Under the pieces are notes generated by a model. That model was not told where the DNA came from. It worked only from the letters and a program-made list of their open reading frames with translations, and made no database searches. A stretch of DNA of 62,751 bases, filler included, from Choristocarpus tenellus KU-1152 (taxonomy: Eukaryota > Protista > Phaeophyceae): assembly GCA_964200185.2 (NCBI GenBank). It is 6 parts of 6 records of this genome, joined end to end, with 100 filler letters (N's around TTAATTAATTAA, not from the genome) between each part and the next. Parts side by side here need not be neighbours in the genome. Positions count along the whole stretch, not along the records: positions 7,094 to 15,284 come from CAXNAD020005023.1; positions 15,385 to 22,316 come from CAXNAD020007028.1; positions 22,417 to 38,078 come from CAXNAD020000951.1; 3 more parts are not named here. One strand, 5' to 3'. Positions 13,243 to 26,779 of this stretch are shown piece by piece (the first letter of the stretch is position 1; each line of letters starts with the position of its first letter). The position numbers and the translations under genes were made by a program.

Positions 13243-13335
13243 GGAGTAGGTAAAATATCATAAACACCTCGAGGGAAGCCAAGCCCCAAATGGACAAACA
13301 AGGCAAAACTCGTACCCTCTGAGAGACTCTCACTC
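13243..13335 (+). mobile_element. MITE family A, 3' fragment
   Basis: ggagtaggtaaaat...gggaagccaagccccaaatggacaaacaaggcaaaactcgtaccctctgagagactctcactc. Confidence 0.85.
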
Positions 13336-14322
13336 CAAACGTGTTACTGTGTAGACTGCCCTCGCTATCTGTCCAAGTCTGAGGGGTATGGTGTAAGTGC
13401 GTGTATAGAAAGGGATGGTGTAAGTAAGATTGTGTAAGGGTTAAGTAGTGTTTCCATGTGGGCAGTGTAACTTTGTACCCCTTTACGTTTTGAGTTCTAG
13501 GTCGAAGATACGAACATCGATAACGGTGCCATGTTCTTCAGGCAAGGGGGCGCTTAGAAAATATGCTCATGATGTGTAGGACGATCCACGGTCAGGTGGG
13601 GTGGTACCGAACACGTGAGGATTGGTATGTTGGAAAGTTAGAGACTGTGTCGACGGTTCTTGCATTTGCTTGTCCATCCTCCAAACGTGAGCATCGAGTA
13701 TTAGTTTCGATGCTGTGCACACGGAAAATATTTAGAAAGCATTTTCTAAACCATGAAAAACAACACGAATTGACGAGTTTTGCCTTACGGTAAAAGACAG
13801 GCTGTTGCTGATTTCTTGGCTCATGAACGACAAAAGTTTGATGGAAAAGTGATCCTCCAAGCATGTTAACGTGAGCACCAACTAAAATTGATCTCCTTTA
13901 TCGTACGGCAAAGGGTTTAAAAAAAGGGTTAGGTTATTTCATTAACGAAGTCGGAGGTATGTGTTGTGACCGACTTGGCATATCAAGGGCTAGGGCCAGG
14001 GTTAGGGTTAGGGTGAAAAGATTTTGTTGGCGAAGGGTTAAGGTTAGGGATATCGTATATCGGAAAATATCGGAATGGGTGCATCGGATTTAATGTTCTA
14101 GGTGGAGAGGTTTCATCATGACGTGCAATGTTTTCGGCTAGAGTGTTACCTGTTCTGAAAGACAATGTTGCTAATTGGTATTAGAAAGAGGGAGTTGGGA
14201 ACCATACAGCTGCGGATAATGTCGTACGTTTGTTCTCGGAACGCTATTCCCTCACTGCCATATTTGCGATACGCCTGGACTATATTGACGTATGGCTAAT
14301 GGCGATGGTGGCCTGTGCTTAC

Positions 14323-14411
14323 CCTTGGGTTGGCATGGGACCTAACCCTCCGGAGTCCACGAGTCCATTTCCGATATTGATCAGTTCCCCTAGTGGCTTT
14401 CGGGTGGCCAT
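14323..14411 (-). CDS. Putative first coding exon of an unknown gene with an N-terminal D-box-like motif
   Basis: In-frame upstream stop, then ATG, MATRKPLGELINIGNGLVDSGGLGPMPTQG, and a strong donor GG|gtaagc. RKPLGELIN fits RxxLxxxxN. Confidence 0.4.
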
Positions 14412-15284
14412 CCCACCTGTGTCGTGCGATTGTTAGCGTCCTCTCCACGAGCGGCAGCAACCAATGCTCTATACTGTTTGCTTTCGTTGGTTGGGTCCTT
14501 GGATGAGTGAATGAGATTTGGGGGGAGGGGGGGGGCATGGGTTTTGGCGAACTTTAGTTTATTTCTGTTTTCATTTTATTTTGTAACTGTTGTGTATAAA
14601 AAAAATTACACACTCGGTCCTTGCGACTCTTACCACATTTACTGTTTGTTGGTGTGGGTTATACATTGTGTTAAAAACATGGTGCGAATTACATTGATGA
14701 TATCTTGAGCGGATTATGTGACAGAATGGAGGTCTACAGTCGAGGAAGATTATTTTTTTGGACAGACTTCGTCTTGAATGTCACCTCTTCATCCCCTCAC
14801 ATATATGAATCGCAAAAAAATGTAATGTTACGCAGTTTCGTAATAGAAGATGCGGAGTTGTATTTGAGCAGAGAATTCTTCCATAGTTCGAACCTAAATC
14901 TGAACCCACATAGACATACCAACCAAATGTGTTCTATTGTCCAATTCTTCCATACGTGACATTTTCAATTGTGTTTCATATTGAAAGTCCATTCTAAATG
15001 TGAAGTATGAGGAAAAGATGGTTGAAGAGTTCATTTATGATTAGTTTGAGAAGAGGAGTGTAGCTTGCATCAATGAATATCACAAACATTACTTCCTACA
15101 CATTTTTCATACCAAGATTCTTGTCCACATACTCAAACAGCAAGGTCCGTATTGATTCGTATCCTATGTTATTGTTTTGATTCCCACCAGTCATATAGCC
15201 CTAATATACAGCCCTCCACCCAACCCTAATCTGTTCGATTAGACTCTTCCAACTCTATCGGACAGTTACGGTAAAATATGTATG

Positions 15285-15384
15285 NNNNNNNNNNNNNNNN
15301 NNNNNNNNNNNNNNNNNNNNNNNNNNNNTTAATTAATTAANNNNNNNNNNNNNNNNNNNNNNNNNNNNNNNNNNNNNNNNNNNN
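15285..15384. other. Artificial contig linker / assembly gap
   Basis: 44 N + TTAATTAATTAA + 44 N. Confidence 0.97.
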
Positions 15385-15415
15385 TTTTTTTTTTCGGGAC
15401 CCCCCCACCCCCCCC

Positions 15416-15447
<32 letters not shown>

Positions 15448-15499
15448 TATTCAACCCTCCGCGGGCCCCCCCCCCCCCCCCCCCCCCTCCCCCCACATA

Positions 15500-18400
15500 C
15501 TTTGGGTCATATTACGAGTGCAGATTGTTGCACATACTGCACCTGAATAAGCTAGGTTTGTATCAATGTACAAAGCAACTAGTCCCAATGAGGTACGAGA
15601 GGGGTTGATACTTTGTTGCGTGGAGAGTGACTGAACCATGGACAGTGATGATTCGCCTTTATCCAAGCACCTTACAAGGGTTGCATTCGCTGAGGACTGT
15701 GCAACGGTGGCAAGTAGTGTGGAAAACGGAGGAACCTGCCTGACACCAGCGTCTTGCCCGTGCATATCATCCCTTACTACATGGCCACACCACACACTAC
15801 ACGCTATCAATACTCTCCCTGGGACCCACTACACAGCAATCACTCCTCAACACTCGCAGTAGACTCTTGAACACTGGATGTGTGTGCAGTACCACCCATG
15901 GCATATCTATCATGCATATTGGTCTACACTTCCGTGGTAACATACAAATGCTCCAATAGTATTTCGAACGTTCTACACACTAAATGTATCTGTGTCCTAC
16001 TCTGTTCTTTCTCTTCCCTCGAGCTGATATCACTCAAGCATCTATTGCAGTCAGTACCTCAGAGCTCCACAGCGTCGTTCATCTGTTGCAGTCAGTTGTT
16101 CTAGAGTGGACCGTTTATGTCACGGACATGGTTATCCTGTGGTGTCCATGATAAAATCAAAGATCACGGGTCAGGTTAGAAGTAGTGTAGATGAAATGCC
16201 GCAATGTCGTAAATTGAACAACCTGGGCAAACTTTGGGGGCCAATAGAGAGAGATATATTCGAATAGTCCTGGAGAAAATTAATTTAACAGTTTTAACCC
16301 CCCCGTGAGGTGTGTGCTTGGATATCCCTTGGTACATGTGATGCATGTATACTGGTGAGGCCAGTTGTAAAGTGATTGCCAATCAGATATCGCCTGAAAT
16401 GTAGAGCTGGGGCAGACATCAGGTTTATATCGATCAGTGCTAGAACGAGTGCGTTGTTCCCGCTGCCGAAATTGTCCGCCCCAAGCCATGCGGGACGAAA
16501 TCTAACAGTGAGGGCTCATTGTAGAATGATATAGAGGTGGCTACTTAACGACAGCAACAAGCGTGGAGGACCCAAGGCTAATAATGTCTGCTAGGCGTAG
16601 ACACCCTTTGAATCAAGTGTCATGTCAATACGAGTAGTCATAGCCTTCGTGCAGCTTGGCTGCAAGCTGGGATAGAACGTGCCATTAAACAAAGAAAACA
16701 AGAGTAAACATATGTAGATATTTCGGAGTGCTAGATTGGGACATGTGGTAGGATGGAATTTTAGGTGAAGTAAATGTCATGAAATTGAGAGTTGGGAATT
16801 CGCAGTAGACTGTGCCGTCCGGGATACAACCATTAACAGCAATGTGTGACAGTAAAATGAAATTAATCGAGCGAGAACGTCGTATTGTGATAACAAGAAG
16901 GATAATAAGGGCAGACCAATACAGCAGAGGGGGGGAAATGATTAATCGTAGCTCTTGCGCCAGCTTGCTTACAAGCTGGGACACCCCTATGACTTCAAGT
17001 TGACAGTTTAGCTAGCATAGTAGGTTACACTATGCTATAGAGAGTGGTACATTTGAGGATTGCCAAAAAAAGTCAGAATTGGGGCTTTGATGTTACGGTT
17101 TTCGAGAGGATGTTTTGTCATCCTTGCTACAAGCATTAACAACCAGTCACCACCGTTAAAAAAATGTTTGCTGGAGAGCATTGTATGGTGCCCAATAGTG
17201 GGATAATCAGTTCAAGCCGATAAACGAGGGAAGGGATATTTAGGGCACAATAGTGTCGGCAATGTGATGGTTATAGTTTCTGCCACTAATATTCCAATAG
17301 TTTTGAGTTGAATCAGGGGCTTAAAGTGGATGTGTTTAGAGTGAGGGGATACATCAATAATATTCTACATTGCTTTTATTTAACGAAAAAAAGTGTGGGG
17401 GGAAAAGGGATTGAAAGAGAAATAGTATAGAATGGGATGATAATCAACTATGGAGTGTTAGAATGTATAGCTGAACACTTGAGAGCCATCCAAGAGTAAT
17501 GGATAACGTGCTGACACCACACACATCATGTAACTAAAAACTTTTCCTGACTCAGACACCAAACTTGCAGCTCTGACTGGTCCACATGAATACATGTACA
17601 CTACACGTCTTCAACGTTATGTCAGCATAACCCATCCAGACTGGTCACTAACAGATCACGCAAGGCGTTGATGGCAATCGTACGTGAACAATGCTTGGGC
17701 AATAGATTTATCCCTGACTAGGGGTAGGATTGTGGACTCGAGAACACATGTACGGCACGGACATCTGATTGAGGTGATCTTCAAGAGCCTTCCAAGGTAA
17801 GAGAAGTTTAAGAATTTATATTTCTAGAATGAAAAGGGGGAGAAGAAGAGACTTAGGGTACTGCTAGTCAAACTTGCCCAAACCCAGATTCCCGTTCGCC
17901 ATGGGCCAGATTGCTTTAGACGTTTCCATCACAGTTAGTAACCAGTGTTAACCAAGAGATTGAAAAATGTTGTTATCTGTTGAAAGAATATAACGTTGAG
18001 TGTTACGTTGTTAGAAATGAGTGATATTACTATACTTCTTCAAACCAAGACCATCCCAAGAACATTCTCTCACACTAAATCTCCTTTTCACCACGATATA
18101 TTGAAATCCTATCACACAACTCCAAACCTTACTTAGGACCCGATTTTGTTGTGAACGAAGAAGGAGAGGGGTCATGACGGCAGATGGTCTTCGTAGAAGG
18201 CCCACCATAGCCCGACGGGCGCCGCAACCCAACGTCATGGAGAGGCGTGGAGGGGGGAATGTGAGTTTTGTGTAACTACTACTGTTATTGGGTGGGTGTC
18301 CATGTTCAACCAGTATGGAAAGTTTCATCAAGTTTCTAAGGTTAACTTCATTTTCTAATCACTCTTCCCGCCCAGGAATTGATGAATAGCATGATGAGGG

Positions 18401-19200
18401 AGCTGCAGGGGGCGATAGACGTGCTACGAAGAGTGGGGTAAGGGAATCGTAGGAACTAGTACAGAAAAGAAGGTGACCTGTGCGAGTGCATCGACTTTCC
18501 CTGGATGAACTTGCTGCTTGCTCTAGTTTGTTATATTGCTTAAACCCGTCGCACCCTCCCCACATCTCTCCAGGTGGAAGGATCTTCAACCGTGGGGTGA
18601 GTTCTTTGCCCACTTCAAGGCGCCGAGGGAGTGGACCTTAAAAGTAATGGATGAGGTGTGATCCAGGAATGTTACTTGTGTTCAGACTAGTCCAGATGCT
18701 ATAGTTCAGACCCCCTGCTGTCTCCTCCGCCATGTTTAAGCCGCGTTGCACTTTATGAATGCTTCTTCGGGAACGACACAATTGTACTTGGAGTCACATA
18801 ATGAACTTGGTGTGAATATACATGATTAGTCAGGTGATGGTATGTGGAGGCTTGAACGGCACTGTGCTTTCCTCTAATAACTTAGAGCAGAGTAGTCGGA
18901 CCGAGTACATGTTATCTTGTGTCTCACACGCGGATGCCACCCATACTTTCGCTCCCCTCGTATTTGTCCCTGCTGGCCATCTCACGCTTGTACCACCTAT
19001 TAGCGGGTTACGACAAACGTCCTCCACTTCCGTGGAAACTATGCGACCATTACCTGTGGGGCCCTCCTCGTAAGCATGTACGTGAAACATATCTTTCATT
19101 TTTGTCTAAGCCGACCAGATCTTGTGCATTTTCGATTGGTTCGTATGTGACGAGTACGGCCTAGTACTCAACAAGCAAGGTACGTTCACTGGTAAGGATA
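15500..19200 (-). mobile_element. Highly degenerate non-LTR (LINE-like) retrotransposon relic
   Basis: Minus-strand fragments occur in LINE order: ORF1-like 18830-19099; endonuclease-like IGILVAET ~17275-17300; RT-end-like KIP....STPKYL ~16715-16765; post-RT PSTHLTGGLKLLN ~16283-16320 (cf. P...GGLGL); RNase H-like ALYIDT ~15560-15580. All are interrupted by stops or frameshifts. Confidence 0.5.
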
Positions 19201-20022
19201 GGGTAGTGGGTATGGGTAACTGAAGCAATTGTAGTACACGGGGAAAGTGGACCCGATATTTCTTGTGCAGTTATTTTCTATTTGACTGTTCCTTTCAGTA
19301 CCCCATGCCGTCATATCAAAGTGCATTTATTTTTTCAGAGGTTGTTGACCTGGTGAGGGATACATGCGCTGAGAGGGGTCAATTACTCATCATTGTTGAA
19401 TGTAAGTTCGCATCACGCCCTGGCCTTGTCTGAACACCTGGGGTGTTTTTTGTGATTAATTTTGCCTCACTTCATATGTTTGATGCAGGGACACAAAGAG
19501 GGTTAGGTTATATAGTGAGATGTAACTGTGAGACAACCAATGATGATATGATCGATGCGCAGCTTATTCAATCATTATTATGCTCTGTACCCACCAATGC
19601 CCCCAATATTTAGTCGGAGGCACTCTCTAAGTCTTGACATTCTCGGGAGGGCTGTTACGATTTTGGGCTACATACTGGCCAGTTTCTTGGACCAATGCGC
19701 TTTGAGAAGAAATTTTCTCACTTCTCCAAGCCTCAGTCGAAGGAAGCGATGGATCTTCACACGCTACAATATTGCAACATCTTCAACCTTCCTTCCTTCC
19801 TTCCTTCCTTTCAAGTCATGTTAACCACACATTACTAGTGGCTACATCAGGTTCTGATTCCTCTGAAAAAACACGTGCCCACTGTACCCCATCTGTTCTG
19901 AAAATAATAAAAAATGTATGTGTGTTCTGTCCGTTGCCTTTTCTTTGGCAGCATTACTTCTCCCTCCGTGCTGCTGGCCCTGTCCTTTTGTCTGGCACTG
20001 TGGGTTTACCTGTTCCCGTCAG

Positions 20023-21683
20023 GAGAGGGGAATGACAGGGTCGTGTGCATTGGGGAGCGAGAGCTGGAGAAGCCCGAGCGCGTTGCCCTTGCAGTCATAG
20101 GTGCAGCAAGAGTTTTATCGACCAGCCCTGTCTAACAAAATCGCGAAGTGATGCGATCTTACGGTGATACGTTATAAGCGTTTCTTGTGCACGATTCTTT
20201 TGATGGATGCGGTCCTGTAGAGGTGTTTCGAGTAGGAGCTCCTACTGTGGTTCATTGTGAATTGTTTGTGCAGTGCAGTGCAGTGCAGTGCAGAGATTCT
20301 TGAGCGATTTTTTTTTTTTAATAAGTTTTTTGTGCACGGGTTAGAACTTGAACCAATTATACCTGCATTGTGTTTGGCTTTTCTTTTCTTTTTTTTTTGG
20401 GGGNNNNNNNNNNTTTTGGGGTGTTGTTTTTTGGTTTTTTTTTGTGTTGTTTTGTGGGGGGGGGGGGGGTGGGGAAGGGGTCCAACCTACTGAAGGCGTG
20501 ACTCGAAGAAGAATCTTCTCTCTTGTGACTCGCTTGAGAGACTTGTCAACTGCCATTGACAAAGGCATTGCCTCCTGCCAAATCGCAATACCATCCGCAT
20601 CCCCTTGACTCTATCCCACCAAGCGAATAGGTTTGTTATATCTGTAATCATATATCTGAACCCCCTTTGTCTGTTTTGTCTCCGGCACTAGTAATCATCA
20701 AAGTGTCGTGAACTTCACTGGCGGTCCCATCCTCTACCCCTTCAAATTTTATTCAGGGTTCTTGCCTGCAGGAGCACTATGGTGTTCATGTATCTGCATG
20801 TGTGCATTTGCGTAGTTAGTCTCTCCGTGCACAATCAGCCTCTGGTCATGCAAGATGTTACAGAATCACTAGATATCGCACCCCATAAAGTCGAGTTCAT
20901 TTCCCCCTCCCCGCTTGACCCCTTCCCTTCATGAGAGCAGGTATCTTGTGCATCGTGGGCTTGAGTGGGGCGCTCTATCGCATCCTCTTCTATGGGGGTG
21001 TGGGTTTCCTTCTGTGCTTGGTCCACGCTGTCTTCCGGCCACGTTCTATGAAGAGCAAGGCAACACGACTGTCAGAGGAGGTCAAGAGCACTGGGGTGCC
21101 TTTGGTGGATGTAAGTGGGGTATGCTGACTGGTAGGAGGCACCTCTGAGGAGGTTTTCGTCCGAAATATTTCTGAGAAGTTGATCATGCTGTATCTATGA
21201 ATGGAATGGATTGTTTTTGTGGTCTGTGGGCTGTTGCAGCATCCACTCCCCAATCATATTGCATGTATCAAGGGGCATGTTGTTTCTTTGTACTTACAGA
21301 AAAGCGTGTAAGTGTGTGTGTGTGTGTGTGTGTGTGTTTATTCAGCTTTGGTCTCCGGGAAAAGGTTGAAGGGGGGCGTGGTGCATGCATTCTGATGTGT
21401 TAAAAAGTAAAAAAACAACAGTTTGATGTGGTTATGAATTACCTTGGAGCCCTACCTAACCTTCATTGTGCTAAAATTATTTTTTTTGGGTTTGGTTTTC
21501 CGATACGTTCTGCTTTGAGGGACTAAGATATGTTTTTGTTTATCTCTTTTTTTTCTTTTTTCTTTTTTCTTTTTTTGTCCCCCTTCCATGTTACTCGCCT
21601 TGTCCTCTGTTGCCTTCCGCCCACAGGGCTTGATTGACCGCGCTATGGGCCGATTGACCACTCCGTCAGAGGAGGTGAAATGA
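20023..21683 (+). CDS. PRA1: PRA1-family (prenylated Rab acceptor 1-like) membrane protein, 3' exons 20023-20100, 20941-21110, 21627-21683
   Basis: Spliced product GEGNDRVVCIGERELEKPERVALAVIGILCIVGLSGALYRILFYGGVGFLLCLVHAVFRPRSMKSKATRLSEEVKSTGVPLVD-GLIDRAMGRLTTPSEEVK*. A hydrophobic hairpin ends in the PRA1 hallmark HA.FR, and phases are consistent. The 5' exons were not found. Confidence 0.8.
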
Positions 21684-22316
21684 GAGGGCATAAGGATCCC
21701 CGAGGGGGAGGGACACTTTTCACTGCCACAGCGACGACCAAGGTGTTTTTGGGGGAGCTGAAAGTAGTGCAGCCGATTGCGTGTCCTGCTGAAGGCTAAT
21801 TCCCCTTGTGGGGAAGTAGGGGTGCAACGGTAGAAGGGGCTACATTGCTGTTGATTGATGCCTTGGGCTGGGCATGCAGTGATCGATCCCCTGGAGGAAG
21901 ACACTCGGGAATGTGCGAGTGAAGGGATGGTTTCCTGTACTAGTACGGGGTGTTTGCCCTCTTCTCCTGGCAGTCGTTGTTTTTGAGAGGGGGTCTATTG
22001 CACAGCAGTGGAGGATTTTCTTGTTACATGAGCCACGCATTTTGTTGATTTTTTTTGGTGGTCAGACAGACTGGCACACTCTTGTACACTCAATGGTGTG
22101 TGTTCTTGTGGTTGTGCCCCCCGGGCGTGGTGTCTGGAAATAGGTGCTGAAGTGTTTTCAATTCAAGCGTTGTTAATACAGTAGTGGACTGTGGTCGTGA
22201 TTTATCGAGAGGTGTGGAAACACTGAGAGGGGGGGGGGGGGGGGGGGGGGGTGGTAGAGTTGATGGGCTGTATTGAGGAGGGGCAGATGGACGGACTGGG
22301 TTTTGTCTGCTGGATG

Positions 22317-22416
22317 NNNNNNNNNNNNNNNNNNNNNNNNNNNNNNNNNNNNNNNNNNNNTTAATTAATTAANNNNNNNNNNNNNNNNNNNNNNNNNNNN
22401 NNNNNNNNNNNNNNNN
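22317..22416. other. Artificial contig linker / assembly gap
   Basis: 44 N + TTAATTAATTAA + 44 N. Confidence 0.97.
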
Positions 22417-22499
22417 TGCCATGTATTGAAGGACTGTGTTGTGTATGGGTGTAACCCGGGGGGGGGGGGGAAGTGTTAATGTGAGCAAAACAGAAAACT

Positions 22500-24180
22500 T
22501 ATCTGACAATTATCGGCAGGTGGAGGATGGGGATGGGGATATTGGAGGTAATTAGAATGGAGGAGGGAAAGAAGAGCACAACAAGGTGGGAGAGGACCAG
22601 GCTCGACATCAGTCGATGGGGGGAGGTAGAGAGTGTTGAGAGGGCACAGGACAGGGTTAGCAGAATGAGGACTAGGTGATGGGGAGGTTCAAATCTGGAC
22701 GAATGTGAACATGCAGATGGAGAAGTAGTACCAGCAGGTGGTGAACACAATAGCTCAGAGAGGCTACTAACTAGGCAGTGGGAGGCCTCTGAGGACAAGC
22801 GGTACAAACTGAACAGAGATACGGAGACAGGTGCGGCAGGTGGATAGGTTGCCCCACACCGACCACAAGGAGTACAGTACGCCAGTCCGTTCATCTTGAA
22901 CGAAACGTGCTCATGTTATGCAAAGAAATCCCCAAAGTCAATCGCAATGGAAAATGAAAAAGGATAAGAGGAAGAGAAACGTAAGCGCTAGAGATTGACA
23001 CCGCAAGTTGTGGGAAAACTGGGTTGAACCTGGAAGGAATGGCTTAACCACATATGCGAAGTTGAACTACATCGAAAAAACAAGGAGTGCTGTCGAGCGT
23101 TTTGAAATTCACAGCAATCACCAACTTTGATCGCACATATTGCACTATTTCTGTGAAGGAGGCAAACGTCAACCCAATCTAATCGATAACATCACGTCAA
23201 GACCAAGGAACGGGATGGGAAGGAGGGGACAGGGACCAGTGTATGATCGGGTCCGAGTGGAAGAAGAGGTAATGATTGAAGGGGCGTAGTGCAAATGTTG
23301 ATAGGAGAAATTGCCAACAAGCTTCGGAAAGGACGGTTTAGGCATCATCATCGCAGTCATCTAAAATCCACCTTCAAGTTGTCCAGGTGAACGATCGACC
23401 CATGCTAGACACAAGTTGTACAACGGGTAGAATATGGTCTAGCGTGGAAGAAATACTTAGTTTGTTTAGCATCTACCTCGGATCAGATCACTTTGGCGAC
23501 CCGCAACGCGACAGCCCCTCCCACCCAGTCTCCCAGGTGGCGTCCAACACTCAACGCGGTTTCACGGTTACGGGAGGAACCCCGCCTAAATTTAGTCAGC
23601 TACAAAACCATGCTTCTCCTTAACCTTCAACCAAGGAACACTCACAGGTGGTTCAGCGAAAATCCCACTGCTGGTAGCTGCGGCCATATCTCCGCTGGAG
23701 GTTGGGGGAGGAGAGAGGGAGCGACTAAACCAAGGTCAAGTGCGCCCAAAGGAGAAACAGCAATGAAATATGCTCCTCCAAAGTCACCTTGTTCACCCCA
23801 AGTTTGGGTGGAGCGCCCCAAAACCTTCACTGGAATAACACACTTCGTCTCACCAGGATTCTCCCGGACCCTTCTTTCAAAATTTGAGCGTCCTCTCTCT
23901 ACTTTGTGTTCTCTGCAGGCGAGGTCTTATCACCCCACTCCCAGAATAGGCCCAATACGAGGAGCACGGTGGCAGGCCAGGCCCGTGGACGCACCTGGAT
24001 GATACAATCCACACGGTCCGCTCAGAAGGAAGAGACGAGGTCTCTCCCTCTCATACCTCAGGATTTCTCGACCCAGGGACCTTCAGATTTTTTTTGGCTG
24101 ACCTGTGAAAACCATCAAAAACGCCAAAAACGATAAAAACGACTCTGTAACAGACGCCAGCGCTCGTCGGTATTACACAT
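22500..24180 (-). mobile_element. Possible 5' part (UTR + ORF1-like) of a decayed retroelement
   Basis: Intronless, protein-like fragments in shifting minus frames end in GLAYCTPCGRCG (knuckle-like) and an S/P-rich tract. No RT motif seen before the contig end. Confidence 0.35.
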
Positions 24181-25543
24181 TCATAGCATAACCGTCGGTA
24201 TTTTAGATGGAGTATTGTTTTGCAGTACTATACATACTCTACAACTATATCACAAAAACGCACTAACCCACATGAGTTCGTTCGTCTAGGATAAGAATTG
24301 AGGGAGGAGGTGAAGGGAGGGGTGATGGTATAATTGCTGAATCCAACAGATAAACGGAGTGCAGTAAGTCGTAGTGTAACGTTTAAGTTTAGTTGTTCAA
24401 CAATTTGTTACGTATATTATGCAAAGTAGTGGATGTTTTAGTGGTATACTGGGCATGGCCCAAGACGTGTAAAGTGGAGAATATTGTCCCCACGTCAGTC
24501 TTTTTAAACAAGACCAACAAGTACTCTTGCAAATGAGCACACAATAGGGTTCAAATCAAATCATCACCGAATTTCTTTTCAGGGGAAATACGGGTTCGAT
24601 TACTGTTCAAAGTTCACATGGCAAGAGATACAGATTAAATGTCGACTACTTACCAATCTATCTCTGTATGTATGTATGTACTGTGCAATGTGTATTAATA
24701 CCACAAAATGCGGGATAAGTGGAACAAGGTAGTGAGGCTTGGTTGTGGAGGGAGGCCATGGAGAGTACCGCACAGCAACAAGATACAATGGAGGACATGG
24801 AGTGATGACTGTTGGAACCGCTGAACCCAACTCACTTAGAAGCAAGACATGTGCGAGGCATTAGTTTTCATAGCAGTATGCATGTGTTAAACAAAAAACG
24901 GTTAGTTTTTAGGTAGGTAGAGAGAGTGCTTCAAACCACGGTTCAGGCTAGTTCTTGAACTAAAGCAAATGCAAAAAATATCTTTATTAAATGCTGTTGT
25001 ATCATTCTTCTGAACAGGGAGAAGACGTGATTTTGCTTTTTGCGAAATACCCATTATTTTGACTTATCTAGTCTATTGAAAGATGAACGCCTGGGTAGAA
25101 GGACCGGTCTGTGCCAGGGTGATGGTCTGTGCCTGCCGGTGCAAATGTGATGATCGAGCTGCACACAAATATATGTGTGTGTGTATATGTAGCTCTAGGG
25201 TATGGGCAAAATATTGACCTGTATGACCAACAACAACAGGGAAGTGTGAACAATAATGAAGGAATCACAGGCTAGGTAGGGCCTGCCACCAGACAAGATG
25301 TAAACAAATCATATTTCTAACCCGGCCATCCCCTCAATAACGTTCAACAAAACATGTTGGACTAAGGGAAAGAGTGTGGGTCCAAAATTGTAGTTACAAA
25401 AATGTATCGAACAGTCCATGTCTACCGATTCTCCAAATAAATGCATGTCTTAGTGGCGTGTAGCGAAACTAGCTCACTCCGCGGAAAAAGGTGCGATATA
25501 TAATGTTAACAAACTACTACGTCACGCTCATTGCATACATTAT

Positions 25544-25616
25544 CAACCGCGATGGGACTCGAACCCACAATCTCTGGCGTCGGAAGCCAGCGCCGTATCC
25601 ATTGGGCCACGCGGTT
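25544..25616 (-). tRNA. trnR-CCG: tRNA-Arg(CCG), 73 nt, intronless
   Basis: AACCGCG TG GCCC AATGGATA CGGC G CTGGC TTCCGAC GCCAG AGATT GTGGG TTCGAGT CCCAT CGCGGTT G. Acceptor stem 7 bp, anticodon stem 5 bp, T arm with TTCGA, A and B boxes present, discriminator G. Confidence 0.93.
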
Positions 25617-26247
25617 GTACGCATATAAACGCCTAGCTGCGATACTACGTGAAGATAATAGTATAGCATACTTAGCATACTTTTGTAAGACAACGCGAAA
25701 ACAGAGATACATCTTCCAGGCATCCTCCTCTGATGAACAGATAAAGAACACAAAGAGCTATCTCATCTTAGATAGGGGTGTATTAGAGCATTTTAGAACC
25801 CAGTAACTGCATCGTAGTTGATGTATCATGTGTTGAGGACTCTGAAAGGTGATTTTTCCCTGATGTGTGTGAATAGTGGTCGTATTTCATTACACAGCCA
25901 CTGTCGAATAAGGAGGGTTTGGGTGCATTTCGGGTATGGGAATGGATGTCTCAGACAGAGGGCTTATTTGTTCCTAAATTCAATTTTTAAAGCCTAAATA
26001 TACCCCCCTCTTAGGATGTCTCAGCACCACATACTGAACACACATCACACTTACACCTTTATCCCTTTCCTTGCATTGATTAGAGTGTGATCCAGGAACT
26101 CCCATCAATAACATTATCGACGTATTGGAAGATCCAATGAAGAGAGGTTCTTGTCTCCATGCACCCACATAGAGGCAATGAACTGCATCCTCACATTGTC
26201 CGTTTTGAGTGCAAGTACGTAGTTTTCACCTGGAGATTACCTACAAG

Positions 26248-26775
26248 TGTTACAGGCGAATAGCGCGACCATTTCTTTCCGCGTGCCAGCATGCGCGAAG
26301 AGTATAAATACGTAAGGATTCAACACAAGCGGAGTTTGAATAGATAGAAGATGCAGAGTATGATTCGAAATGCATACATAAACTCACAAAATAGACATCA
26401 ACTCCTGGGAGTTGCAGAATAAAGATTTGTGATTTGAGTACGTATACAACGGTTGGCAGATGTCTTTCAATTTGGAGTCTGTGGAATCTGGGTGCACGAT
26501 GAAAATACAGAATACTTTGAGCACCATTCATTGTACCTCTGGCCCACTCTTTTATCTCGATTGAGACATTAAGTCAAGCATTGAGCTAATGTTATAGGCG
26601 ATATGTCTTGATGGCGGTTTCAGAAACACCTAGCTCTGATTGAAGCACCAAGAGAAGAGTAGCTGGCACCCATACGTGGCTACCAACAGTGGAAATACAC
26701 CTGTAGCATCGTTTTGAGGTCGTTGGATTAGAGTTACACATCTTATGGAGGTGAGTCCTGGAGCGTGTTGTAACA
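26248..26775 (+). mobile_element. Solo-LTR-like element, 528 bp, 4-bp TSD CAAG (orientation relative only)
   Basis: caag|TGTTACAggcgaatagcgcg ... ggaggtgagtcctggagcgtgtTGTAACA|caag; homologous to the copies at 28912, ~30050 and 32249. Confidence 0.85.
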
Positions 26776-26779
26776 CAAG

